DNA of 32,000 bases from positions 2,100,001-2,132,000 of the forward strand of contig NZ_CP045650.1 in assembly GCF_009557235.1 (NCBI RefSeq). The letters run 5' to 3'. Below, in pieces: positions 15,935-25,891 of the stretch (within the stretch, counting starts at the first letter, position 1; every line of letters begins with the position of its first letter). The DNA is from Acinetobacter wanghuae. GTDB taxonomy: Bacteria > Pseudomonadota > Gammaproteobacteria > Pseudomonadales > Moraxellaceae. Below the pieces are notes generated by a model. That model was given only the letters and a program-made list of their open reading frames with translations, was not told where the DNA came from and searched no databases. A program made the translations under genes and the position numbers.

Positions 15935-16231
15935 ATGCCACTAAAGATGAACTTTGATCAAGTCGATGCGGTCAGTAGTCAACTGAAAGTTCTGGCTAAT
16001 CCTGACCGATTAAAAATTCTATGTGTATTAATGGAACATGCATTCAATGTACAAGAAATTGAAGAACGTACACAGATTCATCAACCAACTTTATCGCAAC
16101 AATTGACCATTTTAAGAAATGCCAACTTGGTCGGTACCGAACGCATTGGCAAATATATTTATTATCGATGCGTTGATGAAAAAGTATTAAAGCTTATACA
16201 AACTTTGCATGCGCTTTATTGTGCAAAATAA
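15935..16231 (+). CDS. bigR: ArsR/SmtB-family persulfide-sensing repressor (BigR-like)
   Basis: 98 aa with a winged HTH (VQEIEERTQIHQPTLSQQLTILRNANLV). Cys30 in LKILCVL and Cys96 near the C-terminus are positioned like the redox Cys pair of BigR. It is divergent from yeeE-yedE-pdo2. Confidence 0.82.
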   Translation: MPLKMNFDQVDAVSSQLKVLANPDRLKILCVLMEHAFNVQEIEERTQIHQPTLSQQLTILRNANLVGTERIGKYIYYRCVDEKVLKLIQTLHALYCAK

Positions 16232-16233
16232 AA

Positions 16234-16257
16234 GCGTATTAAACCGAGTTAATACGC
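16234..16257. terminator. Hairpin terminator between convergent bigR and fpr
   Basis: GCGTATTAA (16234-16242) pairs perfectly with TTAATACGC (16249-16257), 9 bp with a 6-nt loop. The U-tract is weak. Confidence 0.6.
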
Positions 16258-16267
16258 GCTCTTACTG

Positions 16268-17029
16268 TTACCAATAATTTTCAACTGCAATATTTCCTTC
16301 ACCACGGCGGTTCATGCTGAGTCCTCGGGCTTTTAAGGCTTCTTTGGTGTCCTCAACCATTTGAGGATTACCACACAGCATAATATGCGTGGTTTCGGCG
16401 TTAAATTGCAGACCTGCAGCTTTTTCAAGTTCACCATTTTCGATCAATACGGGCAATCGATCATGTAAGGCAGCATTTGGATCACGGGTAATAATCGGGA
16501 TAAATTTAAATCCCTTATGCCCTTCGCCAAAAGTCTCTGCAATCTCTTGAATACGCTCAAGATAGGCCAACTCAGCAGTGGTACGGACGCTATAGACCAA
16601 ATGAATATTTTGGTAGTTCTGCCACGTTTCAAAATCTTGCAGCATGGACAAGAATGGAGCAAGACCTGTTCCTGTGCCCAATAACCATAAATCTTTCGGC
16701 AATGGCAACTGATAACGGGCAAGTGTTAAATAACCATAGGGGATTTTTTCTAAGTACAGTTCATCACCAACTTTAAGATGCTGTAAATTCGAGGTAAATG
16801 CACCCTCTGGCACGACAATGGAGAAAAATTCTAATGTTTCATCAAATGGCGATGACACCACAGAATATGCCCGAACCACCAATTCATCTCCCACTTTTAA
16901 ACCAATACGGGCAAATTGACCTGCCGTAAATTTAAAATGTGCAGGGCGCGTCATGGTGAAACTAAACAGATTATTGGTCCAACGATGTACAGATAAAACT
17001 TTTTCTAGACTAAATTTCTCAATTGACAT
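16268..17029 (-). CDS. fpr: Ferredoxin--NADP(+) reductase
   Basis: MSIEKFSLEKVLSVHRWTNNLFSFTMTR aligns from residue 1 with Pseudomonas FprA (MSNLYTERVLSVHHWNDTLFSF). RAYS FAD-binding motif, GTGLAPF NADP motif, and the C-terminal VENYW resembling AEHYW of E. coli Fpr. The 16-codon extension to 17077 in the track is not supported by homologs. Confidence 0.92.
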   Translation of the reverse strand: MSIEKFSLEKVLSVHRWTNNLFSFTMTRPAHFKFTAGQFARIGLKVGDELVVRAYSVVSSPFDETLEFFSIVVPEGAFTSNLQHLKVGDELYLEKIPYGYLTLARYQLPLPKDLWLLGTGTGLAPFLSMLQDFETWQNYQNIHLVYSVRTTAELAYLERIQEIAETFGEGHKGFKFIPIITRDPNAALHDRLPVLIENGELEKAAGLQFNAETTHIMLCGNPQMVEDTKEALKARGLSMNRRGEGNIAVENYW

Positions 17030-17114
17030 GATTTCAACGTGGCATGAAAGACTCCGCTCATGGTAGCATGATGGCATATTTTATTAATATTTTTTAAATG
17101 TTAAGGCTATATTC

Positions 17115-17996
17115 ATGCGCATGACTTTACGCCAGTTGGCTGTTTTTGTAGCAGTGGCTCAAGAAGGTACCGTAACGAAGGCAAGCGATGCAGTAAAACT
17201 CACTCAAAGTGCTGCGAGTATGGCTTTGGCGGACCTTGAAGACGGTTTAGGTGCTCCACTTTTTGACCGTTTAGGTAAACGTCTACAACTCAATGACCTC
17301 GGTCGTTTCTTATTACCACAAGCCCTTGAAATTTTAGGACGTTGTGAGTCATTTGAACAAGCGGCTAAAGGTGAGCTTCAAAGTATCGACTTACGTTTGG
17401 GCGCGACCCTAACGATTTCAGATTACTTAATGCCTGATCTCATGGCGGATTTTTTACAAGTTCAGCCACAAGCACATTTACAGCTTCAAGTTGGTAATAC
17501 TCGCCAAATGATTGAAGCGGTGAATCAATTCCAATTGGATTTGGCTTTAATCGAAGGTTCTTGCCATCTTCCACAATTGCAATGCATTCATTGGCGTGAT
17601 GATGAACTGGCAGTCTGCTGTTCGCCAAATCATCCCCTCGCTCAACTCGATCGTGCTTTAACTCCTGAAGACTTTAAATCTGTCGAATGGATTTTACGTG
17701 AAGAAGGTTCAGGCACACGTGAAGTGTTCGATAACGCGATTTTAAAAGATGTACCAGATGCCAATATTCGTTTGACCCTCGGTCATAACGAAGCGATTTT
17801 AAAAATTGTGGCAGGCGGTATTGGGATGTCATGTATTTCTAAACTTGCAATTGAGCCTTTATTGGAAAAAGGACAATTGGTCATTTTAGAAACGCCATTC
17901 TGGCAATTGGCACGCCCACTGTTTATGTTGGTACATCGTCAGAAGTACCAAGGTCCTGGACTTAAAGCATTTATGAAATTCTGTGATGCGAAATAA
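17115..17996 (+). CDS. finR: LysR-family transcriptional regulator divergent from fpr (FinR-like)
   Basis: 293 aa with the N-terminal LysR HTH (MTLRQLAVFVAVAQEGTVTKASDAVKLTQSAASMAL). The divergent arrangement with fpr mirrors finR-fprA of Pseudomonas. The symbol is by synteny only. Confidence 0.8.
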   Translation: MRMTLRQLAVFVAVAQEGTVTKASDAVKLTQSAASMALADLEDGLGAPLFDRLGKRLQLNDLGRFLLPQALEILGRCESFEQAAKGELQSIDLRLGATLTISDYLMPDLMADFLQVQPQAHLQLQVGNTRQMIEAVNQFQLDLALIEGSCHLPQLQCIHWRDDELAVCCSPNHPLAQLDRALTPEDFKSVEWILREEGSGTREVFDNAILKDVPDANIRLTLGHNEAILKIVAGGIGMSCISKLAIEPLLEKGQLVILETPFWQLARPLFMLVHRQKYQGPGLKAFMKFCDAK

Positions 17997-18007
17997 GTCT
18001 TGATCAT

Positions 18008-18035
18008 AAAAAAGCGCCTAGATGGCGCTTTTTTA
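18008..18035. terminator. Bidirectional intrinsic terminator
   Basis: AAAGCGCC (18011-18018) pairs with GGCGCTTT (18024-18031) around a 5-nt loop. It is flanked by A- and T-runs. Confidence 0.85.
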
Positions 18036-18051
18036 TTGGATTTTTTATAAA

Positions 18052-18759
18052 TTACCAACGTGAATCATTTTCACATGGAATACCATCTCGATCACCATCC
18101 ATCTTATTATCTGAACAGTTACGTACAAACCATTCTGCCTCAGCGCGTGAATTCATTTGTGAGCAATGTTGTCTTCCATCACATCGATAGGGTGAAGAAA
18201 CCGACGTCGATGTTGGCGATGCTGCTGTGATTGGCGCATTTGTCGATTTTTCTAAATTCTTTTTGCCTTGCTCAGATAAACCCACATTTTTAAGCTCACC
18301 AACTGCTGCACGTTGCTCTGCCACAATTTTTTGTTGTTGTGACATCAGTTGCTCTACTTGTTGTTGCTTTTGTGCTTTATAGGTTTGGTATTTGTTATAG
18401 ATCAATCCCAATAAAATCACGATAACAATTAAGCCAACAATCGTGATGATTTTAGATGTCATGGAAGTTTTGGTTGTGCCATAACGTGAAGACGCCTGTA
18501 CCGGTAAATCATCATACTGACCGATGACATTTGAGTTTGCTTGTTGATATTGAATATCGAGGCGGACAATGTGATCTGCTTTAAGTTTCCCATTCTCTTC
18601 AACAATTCTAAATTTAAGTGCCTCACCAACTTCAGGCGGGATATTTTTATTCGGAAAATCCTTAATATGAAAAAATAAATCCTTTTTTTCACCTTCAATT
18701 TGAATAAAACCAAAACCACGATCTGCGTGATAGGTTTTCACTTTCCCCTCTTGGAACAT
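18052..18759 (-). CDS. Cold-shock domain - TM helix - coiled coil - Excalibur calcium-binding domain fusion protein
   Basis: N-terminal CSD with RNP motifs (RGFGFIQ, LFFHIK), TM segment IITIVGLIVIVILLGLIY, a Q-rich helix, and a C-terminal Cys-rich domain ending MDGDRDGIPCE (Excalibur DxDxDGxxCE). The ATG at 18759 (MFQEGKVK) is preferred over 18771. Confidence 0.85.
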   Translation of the reverse strand: MFQEGKVKTYHADRGFGFIQIEGEKKDLFFHIKDFPNKNIPPEVGEALKFRIVEENGKLKADHIVRLDIQYQQANSNVIGQYDDLPVQASSRYGTTKTSMTSKIITIVGLIVIVILLGLIYNKYQTYKAQKQQQVEQLMSQQQKIVAEQRAAVGELKNVGLSEQGKKNLEKSTNAPITAASPTSTSVSSPYRCDGRQHCSQMNSRAEAEWFVRNCSDNKMDGDRDGIPCENDSRW

Positions 18760-18798
18760 GATCAATCTCATTATTTTTTAATCTATTGTTATTCTAAT

Positions 18799-18826
18799 AA
18801 AAAAGAGACTCAAAAGTCTCTTTTTA
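18799..18826 (-). terminator. Intrinsic terminator between the two CSD genes
   Basis: AAAAGAGACT (18801-18810) pairs perfectly with AGTCTCTTTT (18815-18824) around a 4-nt loop. Confidence 0.8.
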
Positions 18827-18870
18827 AATCACGACATTAGGTTTTTCAAGACAAAAGTCTGCCCAGTTTT

Positions 18871-19170
18871 TTAACCACGTAAGTTATTCAATAATGCCGA
18901 TGTAATTGACTTATTGTGGCTCGAAATTTTCGATTTTTTCGCTTTAGCTGAAGTATCTTCAACACGCTGGATGCGAACGGCTTTAAATTTATCGCCATTT
19001 TCAACTACAGCAAATTTCACCCGTTCATTGCGTTTTGGCTCGCCTGAATCGGCAGGGAAATCTGAGATGTGGAAGAATACATCTCCCTCGATTGTGCCAA
19101 TAAAACCAAAACCTTTTGCAGGGTCATATTGTTTCACTTTGCCCTGATGTAATTCGTCTTTCTCTTTCAT
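18871..19170 (-). CDS. Cold-shock-domain protein with a basic C-terminal extension, 99 aa
   Basis: KGFGFIG and VFFHIS RNP motifs. A tail of about 30 aa (AKAKKSKISSHNKS...) is absent from canonical 70-aa Csp proteins. Confidence 0.85.
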   Translation of the reverse strand: MKEKDELHQGKVKQYDPAKGFGFIGTIEGDVFFHISDFPADSGEPKRNERVKFAVVENGDKFKAVRIQRVEDTSAKAKKSKISSHNKSITSALLNNLRG

Positions 19171-19210
19171 GCTGCTGCCCTATTCTAAAACTGCTTTAAG
19201 AATATTATAT

Positions 19211-19236
19211 AAAAAAAGAGGCATGAAGCCTCTTTT
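19211..19236 (-). terminator. Intrinsic terminator after upp
   Basis: AAAGAGGC (19215-19222) pairs with GCCTCTTT (19228-19235). On the minus strand the hairpin is followed by a T-run. Confidence 0.8.
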
Positions 19237-19252
19237 AATTGATCTTCAGTGA

Positions 19253-19888
19253 TTAATCTTTTTGAACTGAACCAAAGATTTTATCGCCTGCATCGCCAAG
19301 ACCAGGAACGATGTAACCATTTTCGTTCAAGCCATTGTCAATTGATGCAGTAAAGATGATGACATCAGGATGTTTTTCTTCAACGCGTTTAATGCCTTCA
19401 GGTGCTGCAACCAAAACCATGACACGGATATCTTTACAGCCACTTGCTTTTAATACATCAATTGCAGCAACCAAAGATGAACCTGTTGCAAGCATTGGAT
19501 CAATAATCATTGCAAGACGGTTTTGCACATCAGGTACTAATTTTTTGTAGTAAGTACGTGCTTCTAAAGTTTCTTCGTCACGTTCTAGACCAAGAACAGA
19601 TACTTTTGCACTTGGAATCAGGTTTAAGAAACCATCCAGCATACCAATGCCGGCACGTAAAATAGGCACAACTGTGATTTTTTTACCTGCAATGCGGTCT
19701 ACGTTGACTGCGCCATTCCAACCGTCAATTTCATGTTCAACCATAGGTAAATCTTTCGTTGCTTCATAAGTAAGAAGCATTGTTACTTCTTGAGCAAGCT
19801 CACGGAAGTTTTTAGTGCTGATGTCTGCACGACGAAGTAAACCGAGTTTATGTCGAATGAGCGGATGACGAATTTCATGGATAGCCAC
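19253..19888 (-). CDS. upp: Uracil phosphoribosyltransferase
   Basis: GTG start. (M)[18 protein letters not shown] aligns with E. coli Upp MKIVEVKHPLVKHKLGLMR. PRPP-binding loop [11 protein letters not shown]. Confidence 0.97.
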   Translation of the reverse strand: MAIHEIRHPLIRHKLGLLRRADISTKNFRELAQEVTMLLTYEATKDLPMVEHEIDGWNGAVNVDRIAGKKITVVPILRAGIGMLDGFLNLIPSAKVSVLGLERDEETLEARTYYKKLVPDVQNRLAMIIDPMLATGSSLVAAIDVLKASGCKDIRVMVLVAAPEGIKRVEEKHPDVIIFTASIDNGLNENGYIVPGLGDAGDKIFGSVQKD

Positions 19889-19955
19889 GGGAGAACACCT
19901 AAAAGGTTAAATTAAACTTCGACTATTATAAGGGCATTTTGACTTTTGTATAAAT

Positions 19956-19985
19956 AAAAAAGCCCCCAATGATGGAGGCTTTTTT
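19956..19985 (-). terminator. Intrinsic terminator at the end of the nuo operon
   Basis: AGCC.CC (19961-19967) pairs with GG.GGCT (19974-19980), with one mismatch. It is flanked by A- and T-runs. Confidence 0.78.
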
Positions 19986-20012
19986 GTAATAACGCTTTAA
20001 TCTTTCGATTAA

Positions 20013-21557
20013 TTAGTTAATCCCACTTTGAACCAAAGTGTAAATGAACTGTTGAAGCTCAGGTGAGATCGCAAAGAATGCAAATTTAGAGATTGCAATA
20101 ATTGGATCTGGATACACACCAATCACGAGTACGGCAAGCGCAGCAAGTAATACCATGATACCACCCACTTTTTGACCCCAATGATTCACAGCGTCAAGAC
20201 GTGGTGTTTCAGGCGGTGTCATATACAACACAACCATCACACGTAAGTAGTAGTACAAGCCAATACCCGAACCAAGAATTACCATCGCAGCAAGGAACCA
20301 AGATTCACCTGCAACGGCAGTTTTGATCACAAGGAACTTACCGATGAAGCCCGCAGTCAATGGAATACCTGCTAGCGATAACATCATGACGGTCAGTACA
20401 GCAGTCAATACTGGACGGCGCCAGAATAGACCACGGTATTCAGCAAGGCTTCCCGCTTCATCTGTATTGTTATACGGACTCGACATCAGTGTCACAACAC
20501 CGAATGCACCAATGGTCGTTAATGCATAAGTAATCACATACACGTTTACAGATTCGAAAGTTACAAAACCTTGAACTTGTAAAAAGTCAGTATTACGCGC
20601 AGATACGATCGCAACCAATACATAACCGAAGTGAGCAATTGATGAATACGCAAGAATACGTTTCAAATTCACTTGTTTCACTGCAAGTAAGTTACCTGCA
20701 AGAATTGAAAGTACCGCAATCACTGTAATAATCGTGACGAAGCTGTCTGCAAGGATTAAACCTGAAGACAACACATAACGAAGGAACAGACCAATCATGG
20801 CAATTTTCGCGACAGTCGCAAGGAACGTCGCGATTGGCGCTGGCGCACCTGCATAAACATCCGGTGTCCATTTGTGGAATGGTGCAAGCGATAATTTAAA
20901 TGCCACAGCAAATACAATTAACGCAAGACCAATCACTACAGCGGGTTGGCTGAATGCAGTGAACAATTTACCCGGTTCAGCAGCGAAGCTTAAAGAACCT
21001 GTGTATGCATATACATACGCCATACCCATGAGCAACATCGCAGATGCTGTTGCTGAAAGCACAAGGTATTTAATACCCGCCTCAAGCGACTGAGAACGCT
21101 GATGTGTATACGCCAATAAGCCATAGACAGGAATCGACATCAACTCAAGGCTAATGAAGAACGATGCATAATGCGTGCTTGCAACCATCAGTAAAGCACC
21201 TGTTACAGATGCCAACATCAAGAGGTACAGTTCTTCGCGGTTATCTTTATAACTTTCGATATACGCGTGTGACAAGGTGCTGCACGCAAGCGCAGCCACC
21301 AAAATCACGAACTGATACAGCATGGTAAATGGATCAACGATGAATAAATTCATCACATTTGCAGGTGCAAACTGCCCTGCAATCACCACAAATACAATAT
21401 AGAACGCTGCAAGGTTTAACCCCACAACCGTTGTTGTTGCAACAAGGTTATGGTTACGCTTAATGGCAATCAGCAACATCACAACGATCGCAGTTAAAGC
21501 CACGATCATCACAGGGACTAAAGGCATAAGCTCAGAAAAAGACATTGTGAAGTTCAT
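20013..21557 (-). CDS. nuoN: NADH-quinone oxidoreductase subunit N
   Basis: 514-aa polytopic antiporter-like subunit. It is last in a nuoE-to-N gene order and starts 3 nt after the nuoM stop. Confidence 0.95.
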   Translation of the reverse strand: MNFTMSFSELMPLVPVMIVALTAIVVMLLIAIKRNHNLVATTTVVGLNLAAFYIVFVVIAGQFAPANVMNLFIVDPFTMLYQFVILVAALACSTLSHAYIESYKDNREELYLLMLASVTGALLMVASTHYASFFISLELMSIPVYGLLAYTHQRSQSLEAGIKYLVLSATASAMLLMGMAYVYAYTGSLSFAAEPGKLFTAFSQPAVVIGLALIVFAVAFKLSLAPFHKWTPDVYAGAPAPIATFLATVAKIAMIGLFLRYVLSSGLILADSFVTIITVIAVLSILAGNLLAVKQVNLKRILAYSSIAHFGYVLVAIVSARNTDFLQVQGFVTFESVNVYVITYALTTIGAFGVVTLMSSPYNNTDEAGSLAEYRGLFWRRPVLTAVLTVMMLSLAGIPLTAGFIGKFLVIKTAVAGESWFLAAMVILGSGIGLYYYLRVMVVLYMTPPETPRLDAVNHWGQKVGGIMVLLAALAVLVIGVYPDPIIAISKFAFFAISPELQQFIYTLVQSGIN

Positions 21558-21560
21558 GGC

Positions 21561-23174
21561 TTATTGGATCTCCACATTTTCAAGTTGAGTCGCGACTTGA
21601 TCGGCAACGTCAACTGCTTCAGACACTGGAATATAGCTATTTGCCAACCACGCCATGCTTGAATTAGACACATCAAGGAAGCTTTGTGGATATAGACCAA
21701 GCCAAAGTAGACCAATTGCACAAAGCAGTAATAACACCACTTCACGTGCACCTAGATCTTTCAACGGATTTGTATAGTGTTCTTTTTGCGCTTCATTTGG
21801 TGTACCAAACAAAGCTTTGTGGATCAGGATTAAACCGTAAAGACCCGCAAAGACTAAGCTGATTGCCGCAAGAATGGTGAACACAGGGAATGAGTTGAAT
21901 GAACCCATTAAAATCAGGAATTCACCAATAAAGTTACCTAGACCCGGGATACCCACAAGTGCTGCAACGAAGAACATCAAGAAGAATGCAAGGTATGGGA
22001 ATTGACCACGAATACCACCCATCAAACGTAAATCACGCGTATGAAGACGTTCATACACTTGACCACACATAATGAACAATGCAGCAGACGACAAGCCATG
22101 TGCCAACATCATAATCATCAAACCTTGGAAGGTTAAGATGTTACCTGCGTAAATCGCAAGTAAGACAAAGCCCATATGTGAAATTGACGTATACGCCAAT
22201 AAACGTTTCATATCGGTTTGCTGGAAAGCACACCAAGCACCGTAGAAGATACCGATTAAACCGAGAATGATCGCGATGTCTGCAAATTGTGCAGAAGCCG
22301 CTGGGAAGAATGGAATCACGAAACGGAGTAAACCGTACGCTGCAGTCTTAATCAAAATACCAGCAAGATCGACAGAACCTGCTGTCGGTGCTTGCGCATG
22401 CGCATCGGGTAACCAACCGTGTAATGGGAACACAGGAAGTTTCACCGCAAAACCGATAAACATACAGATCATCAATGCATATGCCAGACCTGGCACTTGC
22501 GCATCAATGGTATTGGCTACTTTTAATAAGTAGTTATAGTCAAATGCGATTTGACCCGTCATGGTATAGCCTGCGATCACAAGACCAAGGATACCAATGA
22601 GCATGATTAAACCCGCAACTTGGGTATAGATAAAGAACTTAGTTGCTGCATAAACGCGTGACTTGCCATCTGCCCCTTTGTGACCCCAAAGTGCGATCAA
22701 GAAGTAGATTGGAACCAGCATCATCTCCCAGAAGAAGAAGAACAAGAACAAATCAATAGCAAGGAAGACACCGATTACGCCACCCAAAGACCATAAAAGG
22801 TTTAGGTGGAAGAAACCAACATTCTTTTGAATCTCGCCCCAAGAACAGCCCACTGCCAATACACCAAGTAGTGCAGTCAAGCCGACCATGAGAAGCGATA
22901 AACCATCCACAGCTAAGTGAATGTTAATACCGAGGGTTTGAATCCAAGGCAATCTAAACTCAGCAGCCCAAGAAGGTGCAGCACCACCAAGCGCATACTG
23001 GTAGCTACCGTTTTGCCATAAAACAATGGTTAAAACCAAAGTTAATAACATACCGGCTAAAGCAATGTAGCGCGGTAGATGTTGGTCGAGTTTATCGACC
23101 AACCAACAGATAAAACCTGCAATGAACGGAATGAGGATCAGTGCGGGTAAAATTAAATTATTTGGAGCTTCCAT
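21561..23174 (-). CDS. nuoM: NADH-quinone oxidoreductase subunit M
   Basis: 537-aa antiporter-like subunit. Position in the operon supports the call. It starts 1 nt after the nuoL stop. Confidence 0.95.
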   Translation of the reverse strand: MEAPNNLILPALILIPFIAGFICWLVDKLDQHLPRYIALAGMLLTLVLTIVLWQNGSYQYALGGAAPSWAAEFRLPWIQTLGINIHLAVDGLSLLMVGLTALLGVLAVGCSWGEIQKNVGFFHLNLLWSLGGVIGVFLAIDLFLFFFFWEMMLVPIYFLIALWGHKGADGKSRVYAATKFFIYTQVAGLIMLIGILGLVIAGYTMTGQIAFDYNYLLKVANTIDAQVPGLAYALMICMFIGFAVKLPVFPLHGWLPDAHAQAPTAGSVDLAGILIKTAAYGLLRFVIPFFPAASAQFADIAIILGLIGIFYGAWCAFQQTDMKRLLAYTSISHMGFVLLAIYAGNILTFQGLMIMMLAHGLSSAALFIMCGQVYERLHTRDLRLMGGIRGQFPYLAFFLMFFVAALVGIPGLGNFIGEFLILMGSFNSFPVFTILAAISLVFAGLYGLILIHKALFGTPNEAQKEHYTNPLKDLGAREVVLLLLCAIGLLWLGLYPQSFLDVSNSSMAWLANSYIPVSEAVDVADQVATQLENVEIQ

Positions 23175-23175
23175 T

Positions 23176-25065
23176 TTATTTCCCCACTACCTGAATCACG
23201 AGCAAGATCATCAGTAGGACAACGACACCGAGCCCCATACTAGATGCGTATTCACGCAATGAACCTGTTTGACGTGAACTTGTAAAGCTATGACCACCTT
23301 TCACTAATGCAGGAAGCACGAGCCATAAGCTATCAATCGGGTCACGACCAAACAATTTTGCGAAGAACAAGTAAGGTTTCACGAAGATCAAGTCATACAA
23401 TGCATCGAAACCGAGGGCATTTTTGCAGATATTGACTAAACCTGCACCAAAACAAGTGGCTGCAAAAGATTTCACTGCTTTATAAGCAAAGGCAAATAAC
23501 ACGATACCAATGACTAGGCCAACCAGTGCAATACCCACCGCTGTGTATTCAGCAGAGTGCATACCATGTTCAAGTGCTTGAGGCACGTTGAAGGCAGGAA
23601 TGCGCGCTGCGTTAAGAATACTTTCTACAGGCGCTTTTAATGCTGCACCAACGAAAGTTGAAAGCACGGCAAGAATACCCAATGGCAACCAGTAAGAGGC
23701 ACCTGAAATTTTGTGATATGGCGTGTTTTCTTTACCAAAGAATACAACCCAGATTAAACGGAATGTATAAATAGAGGTTAAGAACGCACCCGCAACACCT
23801 GTCCAGTACAAGCAGTCATAAACTGCAACTGATTGACCTGCAACCCACACTGCACCAAGAATCGCGTCTTTTGAGAAGAAGCCCACAGTTAAGAATGGAA
23901 TTGCTGCCAACGCACCGCCACCAATCGCGAAACATGCAAATAGGAATTTGTTATGTTTGAACAAGCCACCCATTTTAAAGATGTTTTGTTCGTGATGGTA
24001 AGCAAGGATCACCGCACCTGAAGACAAGAATAATAATGCCTTGAAGAATGCGTGAGAAAGCATGTGGAATAGACCCGCTTGGTATGCTTCAGCACCGACA
24101 GCCATGAACATATAACCGAGCTGACTCATTGTAGAGTAAGCAAGAATACGTTTGATGTCTGTTTGAACGAGTGCCGCAAAACCAGCAACGATCAAGGTTA
24201 CCGCACCTGTGATTGAGATAAACACCATGACTTCAGGTGCTTGTTCAAATACAGTGAACATACGGCAGCAGAGATAAACACCTGCGGTTACCATTGTTGC
24301 AGCATGGATCAATGCTGATACAGGTGTTGGACCTGCCATTGCATCTGCCAACCATGTTTGTAATGGGATCTGTGCAGATTTACCTGCAGCACCCAAGAAC
24401 AACATAAGTGCAGTCCAAATTGCAATTGAAGAGCTCTGAGCCAAAACTGTTGGCGCAGCAGCAACCACTTCTGCAATATTTAAAGTACCGAACTGTTGGT
24501 AGATCAAGAACAACGCGATAAGTAAGAAGACATCACCGACACGTGTCACTGTAAATGCTTTGATTGCTGCCAAACCATTTTGTGGGTTTTGGTAGTAATA
24601 ACCAATCAATAGGTAAGAACATAGACCTACGCCTTCCCAACCCAAGAACAATAACGCTAAGTTATCGCCAAGAACGAGAAGCAACATGCTTGCAACGAAC
24701 AGGTTAAAGTAAGAGAAGAAACGTGCGAAGTCTTCTTCACCACGCATATACCACGATGCAAAGATATGAATTAAGAAACCCACACCCGTGATCATGCCAA
24801 GCATCAGTAAAGATAAACCATCAAGGTGCAAGCTCATGCCTGGTGCAAAACCACCCACATTGAACCATGTCCAAAGATGTTGAACATTGGCAACTGCACC
24901 GCTGTTATTAAAATCAATACCTGCAATTAAAGCAAATAAAGCGGATAGGCCAACAGCACCGACACCAATGATCGCAGCTACAGATTCAGGAAGTTTGTTA
25001 CGCCCTGCCGCTAAAAGGACAAAACCAATGAGCGGGAATAAAATTGTTAGATATAAATAACTCAT
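23176..25065 (-). CDS. nuoL: NADH-quinone oxidoreductase subunit L
   Basis: 629-aa antiporter-like subunit with a C-terminal lateral-helix extension. It overlaps nuoK by 4 nt. Confidence 0.95.
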   Translation of the reverse strand: MSYLYLTILFPLIGFVLLAAGRNKLPESVAAIIGVGAVGLSALFALIAGIDFNNSGAVANVQHLWTWFNVGGFAPGMSLHLDGLSLLMLGMITGVGFLIHIFASWYMRGEEDFARFFSYFNLFVASMLLLVLGDNLALLFLGWEGVGLCSYLLIGYYYQNPQNGLAAIKAFTVTRVGDVFLLIALFLIYQQFGTLNIAEVVAAAPTVLAQSSSIAIWTALMLFLGAAGKSAQIPLQTWLADAMAGPTPVSALIHAATMVTAGVYLCCRMFTVFEQAPEVMVFISITGAVTLIVAGFAALVQTDIKRILAYSTMSQLGYMFMAVGAEAYQAGLFHMLSHAFFKALLFLSSGAVILAYHHEQNIFKMGGLFKHNKFLFACFAIGGGALAAIPFLTVGFFSKDAILGAVWVAGQSVAVYDCLYWTGVAGAFLTSIYTFRLIWVVFFGKENTPYHKISGASYWLPLGILAVLSTFVGAALKAPVESILNAARIPAFNVPQALEHGMHSAEYTAVGIALVGLVIGIVLFAFAYKAVKSFAATCFGAGLVNICKNALGFDALYDLIFVKPYLFFAKLFGRDPIDSLWLVLPALVKGGHSFTSSRQTGSLREYASSMGLGVVVLLMILLVIQVVGK

Positions 25066-25370
25066 CCGCGCATCTCACTAGCAGCATCCACATCCAAGTG
25101 ATGGAAGCGATGATAGAACTGAAGGACGATCGCAAGACCAATACATGCTTCAGCAGCAGCAAGCGTCAAGATCAAGATAAACATGATTTGACCATCTGGC
25201 TGTGCCCATGCACTCCCTGCCAAAACAAACGCGAGTGCAGCAGCGTTCATCATGATTTCAAGGCTCATTAAAATAAATAGTAGGTTGCGTCGCACCATCA
25301 CACCGTAAAAACCCAGTGCAAAAAGAATTGATGCAACGATCAGACCATGCTCTAAAGGGATGTTGCCCAT
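25062..25370 (-). CDS. nuoK: NADH-quinone oxidoreductase subunit K
   Basis: 102 aa with 3 TM segments. TAATG 1-nt overlap with nuoJ. Confidence 0.95.
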   Translation of the reverse strand: MGNIPLEHGLIVASILFALGFYGVMVRRNLLFILMSLEIMMNAAALAFVLAGSAWAQPDGQIMFILILTLAAAEACIGLAIVLQFYHRFHHLDVDAASEMRG

Positions 25371-25891
25371 TATTCCGTGTCCTCTTCTGCACTTGGTTCG
25401 CGTTTACCAAGATGATATGCAGCGACAATCGCGCCGAGCAATAACATCGCAGCAACTTCAACCAATAGTAAGTACTGAGTAAAGAGTGCTGTACCCACAG
25501 CTTTAGGACCCACCACTTCAACACCCATCACCTGAGTGGCTTGTGTGTAATCCGAGTTGAGTGTCCATACAAGGATCAGACCCATCAAGAAGCTCATGAG
25601 TGCAGGATATGCCCAAGCAGATGATGTCAACCATTTGCTTTCTTGTTCAACAGTTTGATGACCAAGATTCAGCATCATGACCACGAACACGAACAACACC
25701 ATGATCGCGCCTGCATAAACAATGATCTCAAGTGCAGCCGCGAACGGCGCACCCACGATTAAGAACATGCCTGCTGCAGCAAGAAGCGACACGATTAAGC
25801 TGAGTAATGCGTGTACTGGATTGGTGTTAGTGACAACACGAATCGTAGAGACGATGGCCACAAGTGCCATCAAATAAAACGGCCACATCAT
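25370..25891 (-). CDS. nuoJ: NADH-quinone oxidoreductase subunit J
   Basis: 173-aa membrane subunit. It overlaps nuoI by 4 nt. Confidence 0.95.
   Translation of the reverse strand: MMWPFYLMALVAIVSTIRVVTNTNPVHALLSLIVSLLAAAGMFLIVGAPFAAALEIIVYAGAIMVLFVFVVMMLNLGHQTVEQESKWLTSSAWAYPALMSFLMGLILVWTLNSDYTQATQVMGVEVVGPKAVGTALFTQYLLLVEVAAMLLLGAIVAAYHLGKREPSAEEDTE

Noticed and set aside
17030-17077. 16-codon N-terminal extension of fpr in the longest ORF
   Set aside because: Fpr homologs from Pseudomonas and E. coli align from the internal Met (MSIEKF...). The extension (MPSCYHERSLSCHVEI) has no counterpart. Neither start has a clear SD, so some uncertainty remains.
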